Source of the DNA: Chrysomallon squamiferum
Lineage: Eukaryota > Animalia > Mollusca
Reading direction: 5' to 3'
NCBI GenBank assembly: GCA_012295275.1
Contig: CM022676.1
Coordinates: 6,572,001-6,636,000 of the forward strand
DNA length: 64,000 nt
Part shown: positions 1 to 13,246 of the stretch, piece by piece
How positions within the stretch are numbered: position 1 is the stretch's first letter
How the letters are laid out: the number at the start of each line of letters is the position of its first letter
Made by a program: the position numbers and the translations under genes
The notes under the pieces: model-generated
Seen by the model: the letters and a program-made list of their open reading frames with translations, nothing else
Databases searched by the model: none
What the model was told of the DNA's origin: nothing

Positions 1-175
1 AATTTCCATTTCATACTACAGATAAATAATTAAAAATTCTTAATGCCTAAATTCATATATTTTTCTTAACATATTCATCAGTCTGTCTCAAATCTTTTTG
101 TGTTTCTACCAGCATCTGTATCAATATCTTTTCCATCTATCTATCTTGATGTCCTCTATACTTCTTGTACACACA

Positions 176-242
<67 letters not shown>

Positions 243-368
243 TCTCACACATTTTCAACATTTTATTTTAACATTAAATTACCAGTAAACCAAAACTTTA
301 CACACACAGACAAGCCTGTATTTATTTTTAGGATATTTAATATTTTTATTTCAATCTCTTATTTTTAG

Positions 369-1049
369 TCTTTAAAAAAAATATATGGATAAAATGATTC
401 AAGAACAAACATGTAAAAATTTGGTAGAGAATCACAAACACACACAACCATATATAACAGAGAAGAAAGATTTTAATAAATGTCGGGTCTTTAAAAAACA
501 AAAGACAGGGACAATAGGTCAAAAGGTAAACCATATAACAGGATAAGAGGAGGTCAAGGTCACCAGATGACTGGTCTCCAAGACATGATGACTGGCCAAA
601 AAGAGATAATTCTAGAAAAAAACAGTTCATGAAACCTGAACATTCAGACAATTATCTTAATGACACTTCAAGAGATAGCAGAGAAAGGGAAAGACATTTT
701 ATTAAACCTGATGATTCTAGGTATGAAAGGTCAAGGTCAAGTTCTTCCAGTCAAAGGAGATTTGTGAAACCAGGTGATATATCAGAATCATCATCATCAT
801 CAGGGTCAAGGTCAGATCATTCGGGTCAGAGGAGATTTGCAAAACCAGGTGAAATTTCAGAATCATCTTTGGGGTCAAGATCAAAATATTCAAGGTCAAG
901 GTCAGATCATTCTTCAGAGCCACGATGGAAGAAACAAGGATTTAGGAAACCTGTGGATGAATCAAAAGATGATAGACAAGAAAAAAGAAATACTGAGAGC
1001 AGAGAATCAGAAAGGCAAAGGTCAAGGTCTCACCATAGGTCAAGGTCAA
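369..1049 (+). CDS. CWF19L2: CWF19L2 RS/SR-rich low-complexity exon
   Basis: Frame open 542-1049 ([11 protein letters not shown]...RSRS). Donor GTAAGT at 1050, phase 1, joins 1378 in frame. The best acceptor (ttttag) ends at 368, but 369-541 needs indel corrections. Confidence 0.75.
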
Positions 1050-1990
1050 GTAAGTGAAAAGTTTTACTTCTTTAACACTGAAATGATATTTTTATTTTTT
1101 TTATTTTAATGTCTATTTAAATACTTCAGCTAATAATTCCAACAGGAAAATATATATATATATATTCTTTTATAATGCTAAAGACTTTTATGTATATAAT
1201 TCAGTACAACTATAACATGACTTAATTTCTTACTCAGATATGTATAAATTGACATCTAATTTATAAGTATATATCTAACAGTATTTATATAAATAATGTG
1301 TGTGTGTATGTATAGTATCAGAATTTATCTGTAGATATATAATTTTGTATTTATTTATTTAATTATATTTTTTGAAGGTCCTTCACCCAGTCCACCCAGC
1401 AGCAGTAGTAGTAGTAGTAGTGATTCCAGTGATGACAATGTCGATGATGTTGAGGATGTCCCTGTGCAGAAGAAACCAGTTGTTTTGTCTGAAAAAGAAA
1501 TGAATGAACTTGGAGCGAAAATTCTAAGAGCAGAAATAATGGGAGACGAGGTAGGAAATGAAAATTTCATCTTTGCTTGTCAGTAACATTTTTGTTAATT
1601 TTAAAATTTTGTTTTAGAGATTTATTTATTTTTATGCTGTTTGTTTTTAATGATAGCAGTAGTTAATGATGTGTTGATTAGTATTTCTGTCCAGTTAGTT
1701 GAATATAAAATCACGTTACTTTTTCTGTTTTTTGTTCTGTTTATATTTTTGTGTTTTTCTGCATTTTCGTCAATATCTCTGTTTTATCTCTCTTTCTCTA
1801 TCTCTGAGAATATGTATAAATGTGTGTACATGTATATATGTATATGTATATATACATATATACATCTGAATATATGTAGATATGTTGATATATATGTATG
1901 AATATAAACATATATTTGTGGTTATGTGTTTGTGTACGATATGTATTTGTATATATTTGTATATCTATTTTTTTACCTGTCCATCTATGT

Positions 1991-2050
<60 letters not shown>

Positions 2051-4215
2051 CCATTTTGCTTTCCACTTTTCATCATTATCTACAAAATTTATTACCCTTC
2101 TAATAACATTTTCTTTTGCTTGTAAGTCACTGGCACAAGAACTCAAAACGAAACTCGAAGAAGCCAGAAGGTCGCAGCAAGTCAACCAGCCTCCACTCCA
2201 GCCCAGTCGTCTACCCCTCAACAAGAGACAGAAGAGGTGGTACTGACACGCACAGGAAAGGGTGGGGTGGTGCTGCCCTTGCCTGAGAGACAGCACGAAC
2301 CTGATCGGTATGGGCGTAAACGTCGAAAGAAAGAAAAGGTAACAAATTAAAAACGAATTTTCATCATTTCTTTTTTAAATGTTTTGAAGACAGTTACAGG
2401 CTTATGGGTTAAATTAAATTACATTAAATTTAATTTAAGAAATGTTTAGGTAGAAGAAGGCAGTGTCAGACATTGAAGGTTGCAAGATCTATCATTCTTA
2501 CTGTATGTATAGAATTTAGAGCAGCCTAAAGATATATAACTGATATATGTTTTACCTTTGATCTCTGATAATGGATATATTATAATATGTTGAATTGGGA
2601 GTTTTAAACATTTTGTTTCAATTTCTTATTTACTACTTTACTTATTTATATATTTACTTAGTTATTTACATATTAACTTGTTTATATATTTACTTATTTA
2701 CTTACTTTATTTACTTAGTTATTTTTGTACTTATTTATTTATCTATTATCTGTTTCAGGTTCCAACTCATGAAAGTGGTCAGAGAGTCAGATACTTTGAT
2801 GATGATGACAAATTCAGTCTCAAATCTTTGGTAAGTTGTTAAATGTTTAGTCTGTATGGATGGACAGTTCTTATTGTGGATGGTACATGTATAGACAGAA
2901 ATGTTATGTTGGATGTTGTGTGTGTGTGTGTGTGTGTGTCTGTGACTTGTATGTGTGAAGGGATCATTGTATGTAGATGTGTGTGTGCATATGTATAAAT
3001 GCGTTGCTGAATTTTGTTTCTTTTATTTTTGATATAATTTACCTAATAGAAATGACAAAAACATACAAAAAAATCACCAACAATATTTATTTATATATTT
3101 CTTTGGATGGATGGATTGTTTTTTTTTTTTTAATATCAGACTGATAGATAGGTGTATCCATTTAAATGTGTATTTTTCATATATTAATAGTATTTTTGTA
3201 GACATTTTATTTTAAATACTAAAAGATCTGTAAAGTTTTATTTTTTATTTTTTTTTAAATATTAAAACAATGATCAGATTTTAAAATACTACTACTGCTA
3301 CTACTACTACTACTGCTACTACTACTACTACTACTACTACTAATAATAATAATAATAATAAAAATAATTTACTTAACTGTTTTATTTCCGTAACAGGTTG
3401 AACAGGAGAAGATGGGTACAGCTGAGGATCAGAATTCTATGTTTGCTAGACTTGCTGGCAGGGTAAATACTAAAATGTTTAGAATACACCTCAACCTGTT
3501 TTAATATACTACTACTATTATTATTACTATATATATATATATATATATATACCAACATTAAAATATCAGGATTTTTAAATACAATCAAATATTGTGTTTT
3601 GTCATACATTTAATTTCTTTGTTTATCAGGTGTGGTGTTTTTTTTTATTTTTTTCTATATTTATATGTATATAAATTTCAGATATCGGAGAAGACAGATG
3701 AAGACTATCAAATGGACGATGTTATGTTAACAAAGGCAGTCTGCAAACAGTCAGACTCTCATATTGAGGAAAGAAATCGTGCAAAGGCTATATTTGGTAT
3801 CATTGACTTTTTTTTTTTTTACAAAAATATGGGCTAAATAGGAAAATCATTGAAAAATTGGGAAGATTTTGAAGAGTGCTTTTATTGTGATAAATTAAAT
3901 TGATAAAATGAAGATATATCTGCCAAATCCTAAAATTTATGGTGATAAATAATAAGGCCATATAGAAACAAAATTATTGTATTGAATGAAAAGTTTTATC
4001 TTATTATTTTAACAACACATAAAGAATATAATCATGAGCTAAATATATTTTTTTTATATATTCCTATACCTTGTTTTCTTATTTCTAGCCTTCAAACTTT
4101 AATAAAGATAAAGTATAGGCTGCCATGTTTCCTTTTATTCATGACAAAATTATAACGTTACAGAGATTTTCTTTACTTAGTTTTTAAGGCTTTTTTATTT
4201 TCACTTTTTATTATG

Positions 4216-4269
<54 letters not shown>

Positions 4270-5033
4270 TTTATTTATTTATTATTATTATTAATATTTT
4301 AAATTAGTATTATTATCATCATCATTATGATTATCATTATTTGTTGTTATAGATGCTGTTGTTATTATTTTACTTTGATTTCTATTATTAATTTTATTTT
4401 ATTTTATTATTTTTTACAGAACATAAGAAGATGAGTGGAGCCATGGACAAATGTCACTATTGTTTCAACAAAGTTCCCAAACATCTTATTATAGCCATAG
4501 GAATCAAGGTAAGTACTGTCTTGCCGTTTTTCTAAACCATAGTTATTAATATGTGTTAGCACAAACAAATAAGTAAATTAATTTTGTATGTGTTTGGAGT
4601 ATTGTTTTTGTTTTTAAAGGATGTTCAAACTTTACTACTAATAAAGTAACATAAGAAGTATAACTGCTATTAGAAAGGTCTTTGTTTTAAGTTTGTTTAA
4701 ACATTATTATGTTGATATTGTTTATTGTAAATGATGTATATAACACCCGTTTAAGTTATATACTTATTAAAATATATGCTATTTTAAGTACAATAAAATA
4801 TTTGTCTTTTGTCATATATTTAATTTATTTTTGCTTGTTTGTTTATTTGTTGTGTCTTTAATACTTAGATAAGGAATTTTTCAAAACTTATTCATTACAA
4901 AATTGAAAAAGATTTGAACACAACTTTTTACTTATAAAGTTTTTTATTGCTGAGTATTTTATTATATGTTGAAAATAGAACCTATCAAATGTTACTGTTC
5001 TCTTGTTTTTATTTAATTTAATTTATTTATTTA

Positions 5034-5085
<52 letters not shown>

Positions 5086-5560
5086 TATTATTATATATTT
5101 ATTTTTTTTTATTTATTTATTTTTTTTAATTTACTTTCTTAATTTAATTTATTTATTTATTTATTTATTTATTTACACAGGTATATCTCTGTTTACCTAA
5201 CTATCGTTCTCTCACTAATGGACATTGTCTCATTGTGCCGATGCAACATGTTCTGTCTGGAACATCTGTTGATGAAGATGTCTGGCAAGAAATTCAAGTA
5301 TTTTCAAATTTATAAATCCTCTCTTCAAAGAATATTGGCTTTAAATTTTGTAAAGAATATCATTAAATAAAAAATATGCTCTTTCCTTCTTAGTGTCTTA
5401 ATAATTAGGTCATTATAAGTTATACATTTTCTCACAAAAACTTTACTAGTAATGTTATAAATACATGAATACTGGTGTTTTTCCTCTTTTTTTATTTTTA
5501 ATGTTTGTTATTATCATTATTAAATTATTGTTATTATTTTTATTATAATTATTATTATTA

Positions 5561-5602
<42 letters not shown>

Positions 5603-7824
5603 TTTATTACTGTTATTGTATTATTGTTATTGTATTATTATTATAGTTGTTGTTATTATTATTGTTGTTGTTATTACTATTATTATTTCAGACATTTAGA
5701 AAGACTCTTGTGACAATGTTTGAGAGCAGAGACCTGGATGTGGTGTTCATGGAAACCAGCATGCACTTGAAAAAATTTCCACACATGACAATAGAGTGCG
5801 TTCCCCTGGAAAAAGAGACTGGTGACCTTGCACCAATCTATTTTAAGGTTAGAACAGTAAAGTCACTTCTGATAGGTTAAATATTTTTGTAACTTAAAAT
5901 ATAATTGGTCAGATTATATTAATTGCTAATTTTGTTTTTCTGCTGCTGTGTCATTTAAACAAACAAATAAATAAATAAATAAATAAAGATTATATAAATT
6001 TTGAAAATTTGACTTATGTCTTAATTTATTAAAATTATATGTTAAACATTAGATAACTTTAAATATGAAAATTTTAATGGACTGTGTTAAATAAAAATTT
6101 CTATCTCATTCATTATTATTTAGTTTTGTAAATTGTTATTTAATTTGATTCTTGAGACACTTTTCTTTAATTAAAATGGAAAAATGACTTCAATTTTAAT
6201 TTATTTTTATATTTACAGAAAGCAATTCTAGATTCTGGCTCAGAATGGGCGCAGAACAAAAAACTGGTGGATATTAGCAAGAAAGACATCAGACATGCTG
6301 TAAGTAACAATGGTTTTTTGAACTGGTTATTTTAAAAAAAAAAAAATTCTTTGTATCATCATTAAGTGAATTATTATTATTATCATTATTGTTAATACTA
6401 GTATTTATTATTGTTTATTATTGTCTTTTATTTATTATTATTGTTTATTATTGTCTTTTATTTATTAATTATTTATTTATTAATATTATTTATATTTATT
6501 TATTATTATTATTTACATTTATTTATTTTATTATTTTTATTATTTATTTTATTATTATTATTATCATCATCATCATAAATATTCTAGTGCAGGATTTATC
6601 CAGTGGGCTTCTGTGTTCCATGAAAAGGTGTTGAGGATTATGCAAAATTAATGAAAATAAGAAAGTATCCAACATAATTTTGCAGTCTAAGTCATATGCA
6701 GCAGTTGTTCCTTTGGAGTAGAAACAGATTCACTAATAACTGTAGATTTATTACCCAGAGGAAGTCACATGAGACCCCTTGGGTGGTTGGAAATAAATAT
6801 TTATTATTATTATTTTTTTTTTTTTTTTTAACAGGTTCCTAAAGGTTTTCCCTATTTCAGTGTTGATTTTGGAAGACAGGGAGGTTTTGCTCATGTCATT
6901 GAAGATGAAGTTAAATTTCCTTCTTACTTTGGAAAGGTAAATTTTGTACCAAATTTATTTATTATTGTCATTTCAGGTCTTTTTTATTTTATTATTATTT
7001 TTTTTAATGGTTATTAATATTTAGAAATATTCATTAATTTTTCATTTTTAAATATAAAATAAATTGTTAAATTATAATTTAAAAATTTTGCTCATATTTA
7101 GGTTGGTCATAATTTCTTTCTTTAAATGACCATTGAATAGCAAAAATGATTTTTGTTATTTGTTATTATTTTTAAAAATTTAAATGTTTTAAGTTTTAAA
7201 TTTTACAATTTTTTATATTTAGGAAACTAACCTCTAGCTTAATAATTTATCCTTTTAAAAAATAGTTCTTGTCATAAATCATTTTATTTATTTTTTCATC
7301 TTTTTTAAAATGATTGATATGATGAATGATTTTTTTTTTTTTTGTTTATCAGAAAATAAATGACATAATGATGAGAAATATTTCTTTTATTTGGTTAACA
7401 ATTTTTTTTTTAGAAATGAAAGCAAAATTGTTTCCTTTTTAATTTTATGAACATAAAATATCCGTCAGAATATTTTTAAAGAAATAAAAAAGAATGAAAA
7501 GAAAAACATTTTTTTCTTGCAAGAAATAATTGATGAAGTGAAAGTAGCTTTGTTTTCTTTTTAATTTTTAAACAGCATATGATTAACAAAATAAGAAACT
7601 TTAAATTTAAAAAAAAATTTTAAACAGGATATGATAGTATACAAATATTTCAAATATTTTTTTTTTTTTTTAAGGAAATTATTGGCGGAATGGTAGATGC
7701 TGAACCTAATTTGTGGAGGAAACCACACAGAGAAAGTTTTGATGAACAAAGAAGAAAAGTTTTAGAATTCGCAGAATGGTGGAAACCATTTGACTGGACT
7801 CAGAATTTGCAAAGCGGAGAATAA
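369..7824 (+). CDS. CWF19L2: CWF19-like protein 2 (CwfJ C-terminal domains), 5'-partial multi-exon gene
   Basis: GT-AG exons joined by hand: 369(open frame from 542)-1049, 1378-1550, 2127-2338, 2759-2830, 3397-3462, 3682-3796, 4420-4508, 5181-5297, 5692-5847, 6219-6299, 6835-6936, 7675-7824 (11 downstream exons plus the RS-rich one). Translation includes [91 protein letters not shown], all recognisable CWF19L2 motifs. N-terminal exons lie upstream of the window. Confidence 0.96.
1378..1550 (+). CDS. CWF19L2: CWF19L2 exon
   Basis: [10 protein letters not shown]...[22 protein letters not shown]; AG/GT boundaries. Confidence 0.92.
2127..2338 (+). CDS. CWF19L2: CWF19L2 exon (apparent 1-nt deletion near 2168)
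   Basis: [14 protein letters not shown], then a frame change to KVAASQP...[18 protein letters not shown]...RKRRKKEK; donor GT at 2339. Confidence 0.85.
2759..2830 (+). CDS. CWF19L2: CWF19L2 exon
   Basis: [24 protein letters not shown]; tttcag acceptor, gtaagt donor. Confidence 0.94.
3397..3462 (+). CDS. CWF19L2: CWF19L2 exon
   Basis: [22 protein letters not shown]. Confidence 0.94.
3682..3796 (+). CDS. CWF19L2: CWF19L2 exon
   Basis: [20 protein letters not shown]...RNRAKAIF; phase 1 donor. Confidence 0.92.
4420..4508 (+). CDS. CWF19L2: CWF19L2 exon
   Basis: [30 protein letters not shown]. Confidence 0.95.
5181..5297 (+). CDS. CWF19L2: CWF19L2 exon
   Basis: [23 protein letters not shown]...DEDVWQEIQ. 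Confidence 0.95.
5692..5847 (+). CDS. CWF19L2: CWF19L2 exon
   Basis: [22 protein letters not shown]...[18 protein letters not shown]. Confidence 0.95.
6219..6299 (+). CDS. CWF19L2: CWF19L2 exon
   Basis: [27 protein letters not shown]. Confidence 0.95.
6835..6936 (+). CDS. CWF19L2: CWF19L2 exon
   Basis: [34 protein letters not shown]. Confidence 0.95.
7675..7824 (+). CDS. CWF19L2: CWF19L2 terminal coding exon
   Basis: [17 protein letters not shown]...[18 protein letters not shown]; TAA at 7822-7824. Confidence 0.95.
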   Translation, partial: EIIGGMVDAEPNLWRKPHRESFDEQRRKVLEFAEWWKPFDWTQNLQSGE

Positions 7825-8123
7825 TTTATATGATTTTTATTAGTAGAACAGTTATGTGATTTATTTCTGCTGCAGTTAAATTATTTAAAAAAAATTAAAT
7901 CTTACTTGTGGATCTCAGGGAAAAGTAACAATAAAAATATTTTGTACATTCAAAAAAGAATAATAAAAGAATGAAAAAGATATAAGGCAAATTAAATTAA
8001 AGACAAAAGATTTTTTTTTTAAATTGAACTAAATAAAGAATCCACATTTAAATTGAATTTTATTTTATATTCATCATTTAAATAAACAAGATTTCTTTGA
8101 TACATATACCTATATATAAATGT

Positions 8124-8165
8124 AATAAAATTGTTTAATATTTATTCATGTTTTTGTTTGTTTAT
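8124..8165 (+). terminator. Probable CWF19L2 polyadenylation signal
   Basis: AATAAA at 8124-8129 followed by a GT/T-rich tract from ~8149. Other AATAAA copies lie at 7930, 7962, 8032 and 8081. Confidence 0.4.
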
Positions 8166-8227
8166 TTTTGAAACTATATTGATACCAAGTACCAGAATTG
8201 TGGACTATTATGATTATGTACTTTGTA

Positions 8228-8265
8228 AAAGAAAACAAATAAAACAACATGAAACCAGATTTATT
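8228..8265 (-). terminator. Probable ZNHIT2 polyadenylation signal
   Basis: Minus-strand AATAAA (plus TTTATT 8260-8265) followed on minus by a GT/T-rich tract. Alternative at 8406-8411. Confidence 0.35.
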
Positions 8266-8533
8266 CTATATTATATATTCAAGAAGGAAATGGGAAAACA
8301 AAATTGATGGTCATTGTATTCATTTTATAATTTTCCAAATGATAAAGTATACAATCAAGTAAAATAAATTTCAATGTTGTTGACATACAGAAAAGTGAAA
8401 TAAACTTTATTTTAGTAACCAAATTGCTTTTAGATCACATATTTCTGTTTGTTTCCTTTATAAAAAGTTTCTGTTTCAGGGATTATTTATCACAATGTTT
8501 TCTGAAGCTTTTTTTTGTCTTTTTTTGTCCGAT

Positions 8534-8646
8534 TCAACCAATCTCCTCTATTAACTCTGTTTTTGGTTTTGGTTTTGATCCTCCCCATTTTTCTTCCAGC
8601 TCCTGTTTAGTCTTTGTTACTTCACTTACATCTGCTAATCTCATTT
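8534..8646 (-). CDS. ZNHIT2: ZNHIT2 terminal coding exon
   Basis: KMRLADVSEVTKTKQELEEKWGGSKPKPKTELIEEIG*. Confidence 0.92.
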
Positions 8647-11600
8647 CTGAAGAAAAATAAGAAAATTTAAAAATTATAAAATTAAATACAACACACATGT
8701 TGTATCTATTTCAAAATTATTCTTGCTAAAATGTATGTATTATGGTACACACATACAGCACAAATAATAAAATAAGAACCACAAGCCCCAACATATTTCT
8801 AATTTCTAGAAATATTCTTAAAGTGTACTAATAACTGTTTTATTTTCTTAGAGAGATCAACCTTTAATGATAGTAAAGTTTGACAACAGCATAACACATC
8901 TACCAATAAACATTTTATTCATGTCCTTATTCCTTTAAAAGGAATGTATCCAAACTCGCAGAAAAATAAAATAAAACAATAAGTGATATTATATCCAAGC
9001 TATTTTTATATATTAAGCTATTTTAAAAAATTATAATTATACATTATGATGTTTTTAATTTTTAATGTATTCTCATGTTTTAAATTCTATAATTAAGCAA
9101 AAGAGTTTTTGTGAATGTGTGTGTGTGAGACAAACTTGAATTTAAGTTCACAGAAAAATATATATAAACTCACTCATTTCCAGAGTTATTTCTGACGTCA
9201 GTTCTTGAACAGACATCCCATATGTCTGACACCAACTGAGAAGAAACCTGCATTTCTTGTCTGCATGGAAAATACTTTTTTTCAAAACCTTTTTATCATA
9301 TTTGTGCTTTGATGAGGCAGGCTTAATCTCTGAAAATTTTAAAAATAATTTTAAATAAAATGTTCAAGTAGTATAAATTTAATAATAAATTCCCTTTTTT
9401 ATGATATAATCAATAATGTGAAATTTATTAAATATTTAATTGTTGGATGTATATAAATTAATTAACATTACAGATAATTTAGAAACATTAAGTCTCAACT
9501 ATATAAAAAAGATAAAAAAAATAAATTAATAAAAATAAAAGTAAAAAAAAAAAAAAATGACATAATGTAATGTAATGTAACATAAATAACATCACTAACA
9601 AAAATAATAATTATCTAAATGCAAAAAAAAAAAAAAAAAACCAAAACATTTGGAAACTGAACATAAATTTGATTTAAACATTTAACATTTTTTAAATTTA
9701 AATATTAACCTGTCTGTATGGCAGTCTGTCCATTGTGTAACAAGCGAATGATATCAGAGAGAGCTGACAACATGAAGGTCAAAGGTCGTATCCTGTCAGG
9801 TCCAGATATTATTTTTATAACATCTTCAATTATATTCAGTGTGAATTCTGATGTCACAGTCCAAAGTGTTGAATTCTGAAAAAAAAATTAAATTAATGAA
9901 ATAATAATAAATTATGAAAAATAGTATAATAAATTCAGCTATAATAAAACAGAGTTTCACACTATTTAATATTTAAAAATTAACGAAATCGTAATATATT
10001 ATGAAAAACAATATAATAAATATTAAAAGGGGGGAAAAAAAGCAAAGTGATGAATTTTTAACTAATTTTTAAAATAATGAAATGATAATAAATTATTTAT
10101 ATTTGTAAAATTATGTAACAGAAAATGTGACCCATCACATCAAAACAGTTCTTAAGTCACATGGCTGAGTATTGACAAATGTGTGCGTGTGTGTGTGTGT
10201 GCGTGTCTTATCTCTTTGGTCATGTGAGAGAACTGATGCAAGAAACTCCTTGATATCTCTGAAAATGTTCACAACTCTCATCAGCAGAACTGTGACTTAT
10301 AACTTGTTTTGGTGTGTTGGGTCACAAATAACTTACACTGTGTATTATGTTGAAACATGTTTGAAAGGCTTCTCCAACACTGGTACAAACAACTGGCTTG
10401 TCCAGAACAGTGCACAATGTTAGCAGATCCTAGTTTAAAATATATTAATAACAGATAGCAGTAAATTAATGTAACAGGGTTAGATAATGTAACCATATAT
10501 ATTATTATTTATTATTATTCTAAAAAGTGTAGATAAAGTAGACAATATATTTGATAACAATGTTACAGTATATATTAATTTTATATTAAAAAGTGTGTTA
10601 ATCCTAGATTAAATAGACAATATATTAGATAATAATATAATAGTGTGCATTAGTCTAGATTAAATGGAGAATATATCAATGCTTGATAAAATATAAGGTA
10701 ATAATCCTAAATTATAAAAAAATAGTATTAATCCCGTATTAAACAAGAAAATAATTATTAATACTAGGATAAATAGAAAATGTATTTTAATAAAAATAAC
10801 AAATAATTTTTATAAAGAATATATTCAGAATGGATTAATTAGAAAACAGTTTTCATATTAACAATTATTCTAAACAGCAGTTAGGTTTTCATAATAGAAT
10901 ACAATTAATGAATTTATACAATAAAAGATGGTATCAAGGAATGTTTTCCTACATTATCCAACAACAGAAAATAATATATCATAATTCTGTATAAGACCAC
11001 CCATAAAGCATTGGAAGATGTCTAGGAACATTGTTTGGAATGGGATATCATTATGGAAGAAATCTAATTCACAAACAATATTTATTACATAATTACCTGA
11101 ACTGCATCTACTGGACTATCAAAATGGCCACCATTATGAAGTCTGCATACAAATGCGTAGGAATACAAAACATTAACCATATTGAACGGATGTCTGAAGA
11201 TGGTGGTGTTTTCTGTAAAAATAATTATAAAATTTTTAATAAATAAGTTTATCTTCAAAAAGGTTAGAGCCTCATCTGTTGCAATAATGAGAAAGTAAAT
11301 GGTATAAACTAGAACATTCATTTATAACAATGTTGAATAGGCATTACTCTATATCCAAGTCATTTACCCATATAATTTGACAATACTTTTCAGACAATGC
11401 ACAATATTAATAAACATAAACACTCAAAACATATTCATCCACACACAGAAACATACTCTCTTTTCTTCATTTAGTCACTGAGTTGAGAATGATTCTTTTT
11501 ATTCATCAACTTGAACAAAAGCCACATAGACAAACACACATACAGAAATACACAAAAACATAGATAAATACACATACAAAAACATACAATCACATACAAA

Positions 11601-12656
11601 CACACACATGCACATACACACACAAACACTCAAATACAGACTCACACATACATTCATACATACAGACATACACACTTACTGCTAATAGCTTGGTAATATC
11701 AGGAATATTTTCAATAATTGGTGGTTGCCCAGGCAACAGTGTTTTTTCCTGTTCAACTTCTATCACTTTTTCTGTATTCTGTAAAAAAATTATATTATTA
11801 AATATATAAAACAGAACAGTGTCAACACCATTATTCTGAATTTATTATCTTATGTATCTACACTTCATTTATTACCATTATATTTTATATCAACATGCTA
11901 AACAAATTTTTTAATTCAATACTAACATTATAAATAAACAATTCTTTAAATATTAAGCAAGAAAGATAGATATAAAGAAGACAAACAAAGTCAGAGAAAG
12001 AAAAAATAGAATAAGAGAGAAAGAACTTGGAGGTACATGTACAATATTTATCATGTCGATGAAGCACTGTAAATTTTATTAGTTTATTCTAAAAATATTT
12101 AACAGTCTTTAAAAGCCTAATCAAATAAAACATCCTGAATCGAGAAAGATAAACAAAATATTATATATCAATTGCACCTTCCCCACACTGTGAAACTTTT
12201 TACAAATTTACATGACTAAAGACATTGACTGTTGATGAAGTTACTATGTCTAGTAGATTTTACTTAAGGCTAAAGTGAAAAAAATGAAAACTTTTTTTGC
12301 CCACCTGATTATTCCACCATGGTGTCCAGACAGTCACTAGATTAGCAAGTCGTCCATCTTCCAACATCTGATTAAATTCCTTCCTTTCTTTCTCTGTGAG
12401 ACGATTCCAGATTTCTGCACTGTCACTGTCTTTAAAAACAAAAAAAAAAAAAATAATAATAATAATAATCATAGACAGAGAAAGTCAGAGAAAAATAAAG
12501 AGGAGAACAGAGAAAAAGATGGAGAAAAATGGGCATGAGAGAGAAAGGAAGGAAAAGAGAGAAAGAAGGGAAGAAAGGATGAGAAAAAGAGAAAGAAATA
12601 GGGATAAAAAGAGACAATAAAGAGAATTAATTCGTGAGAGAAAGAGATTAAAATGG

Positions 12657-12713
<57 letters not shown>

Positions 12714-13156
12714 GTTAGATACACCAAATTTGGAGTATATGCTGAAACTTTATTCAGACAAATGGACATGGCATGAAGAATAGATCCTGCAAACCCTTTC
12801 TCCCTACTCCAGCATTACCTGAGCTAAAATCTCACACTTATAAATGATAAAAGACTGGATGGCTGTCTTAAGTATCACTGGAATTAACAGTTCTCTGACA
12901 AGAAAGATATTGATGATTCTATTTCTGCTTCAGACAGCTTACATAACAAATCTGCTTACTGTATCAAGTTGGATTTATTTTTCTTAAGAGTTACTTCCAG
13001 TGAAGGTGGAATGTTGATTCCTGTGTCAGTGGCTTACTTGAAATCAAAATATAATCACAAACAGATCATGTCCGACTGAAGGATAGATTTGTAACATTCG
13101 ATTTACAAGCAACAAAACATGATTTTTCTTGTTTTATAATGCATAAAAATTAAATA

Positions 13157-13246
<90 letters not shown>

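Noticed and set aside
2160-2175. Programmed ribosomal frameshift in CWF19L2
   Set aside because: No slippery heptamer or stimulatory structure; the same indel pattern recurs elsewhere, consistent with sequencing error
12770-13130. Possible snoRNA or extra exon in a ZNHIT2 intron
   Set aside because: No proper C/D or H/ACA boxes seen on the host strand; flanking exons already join in frame
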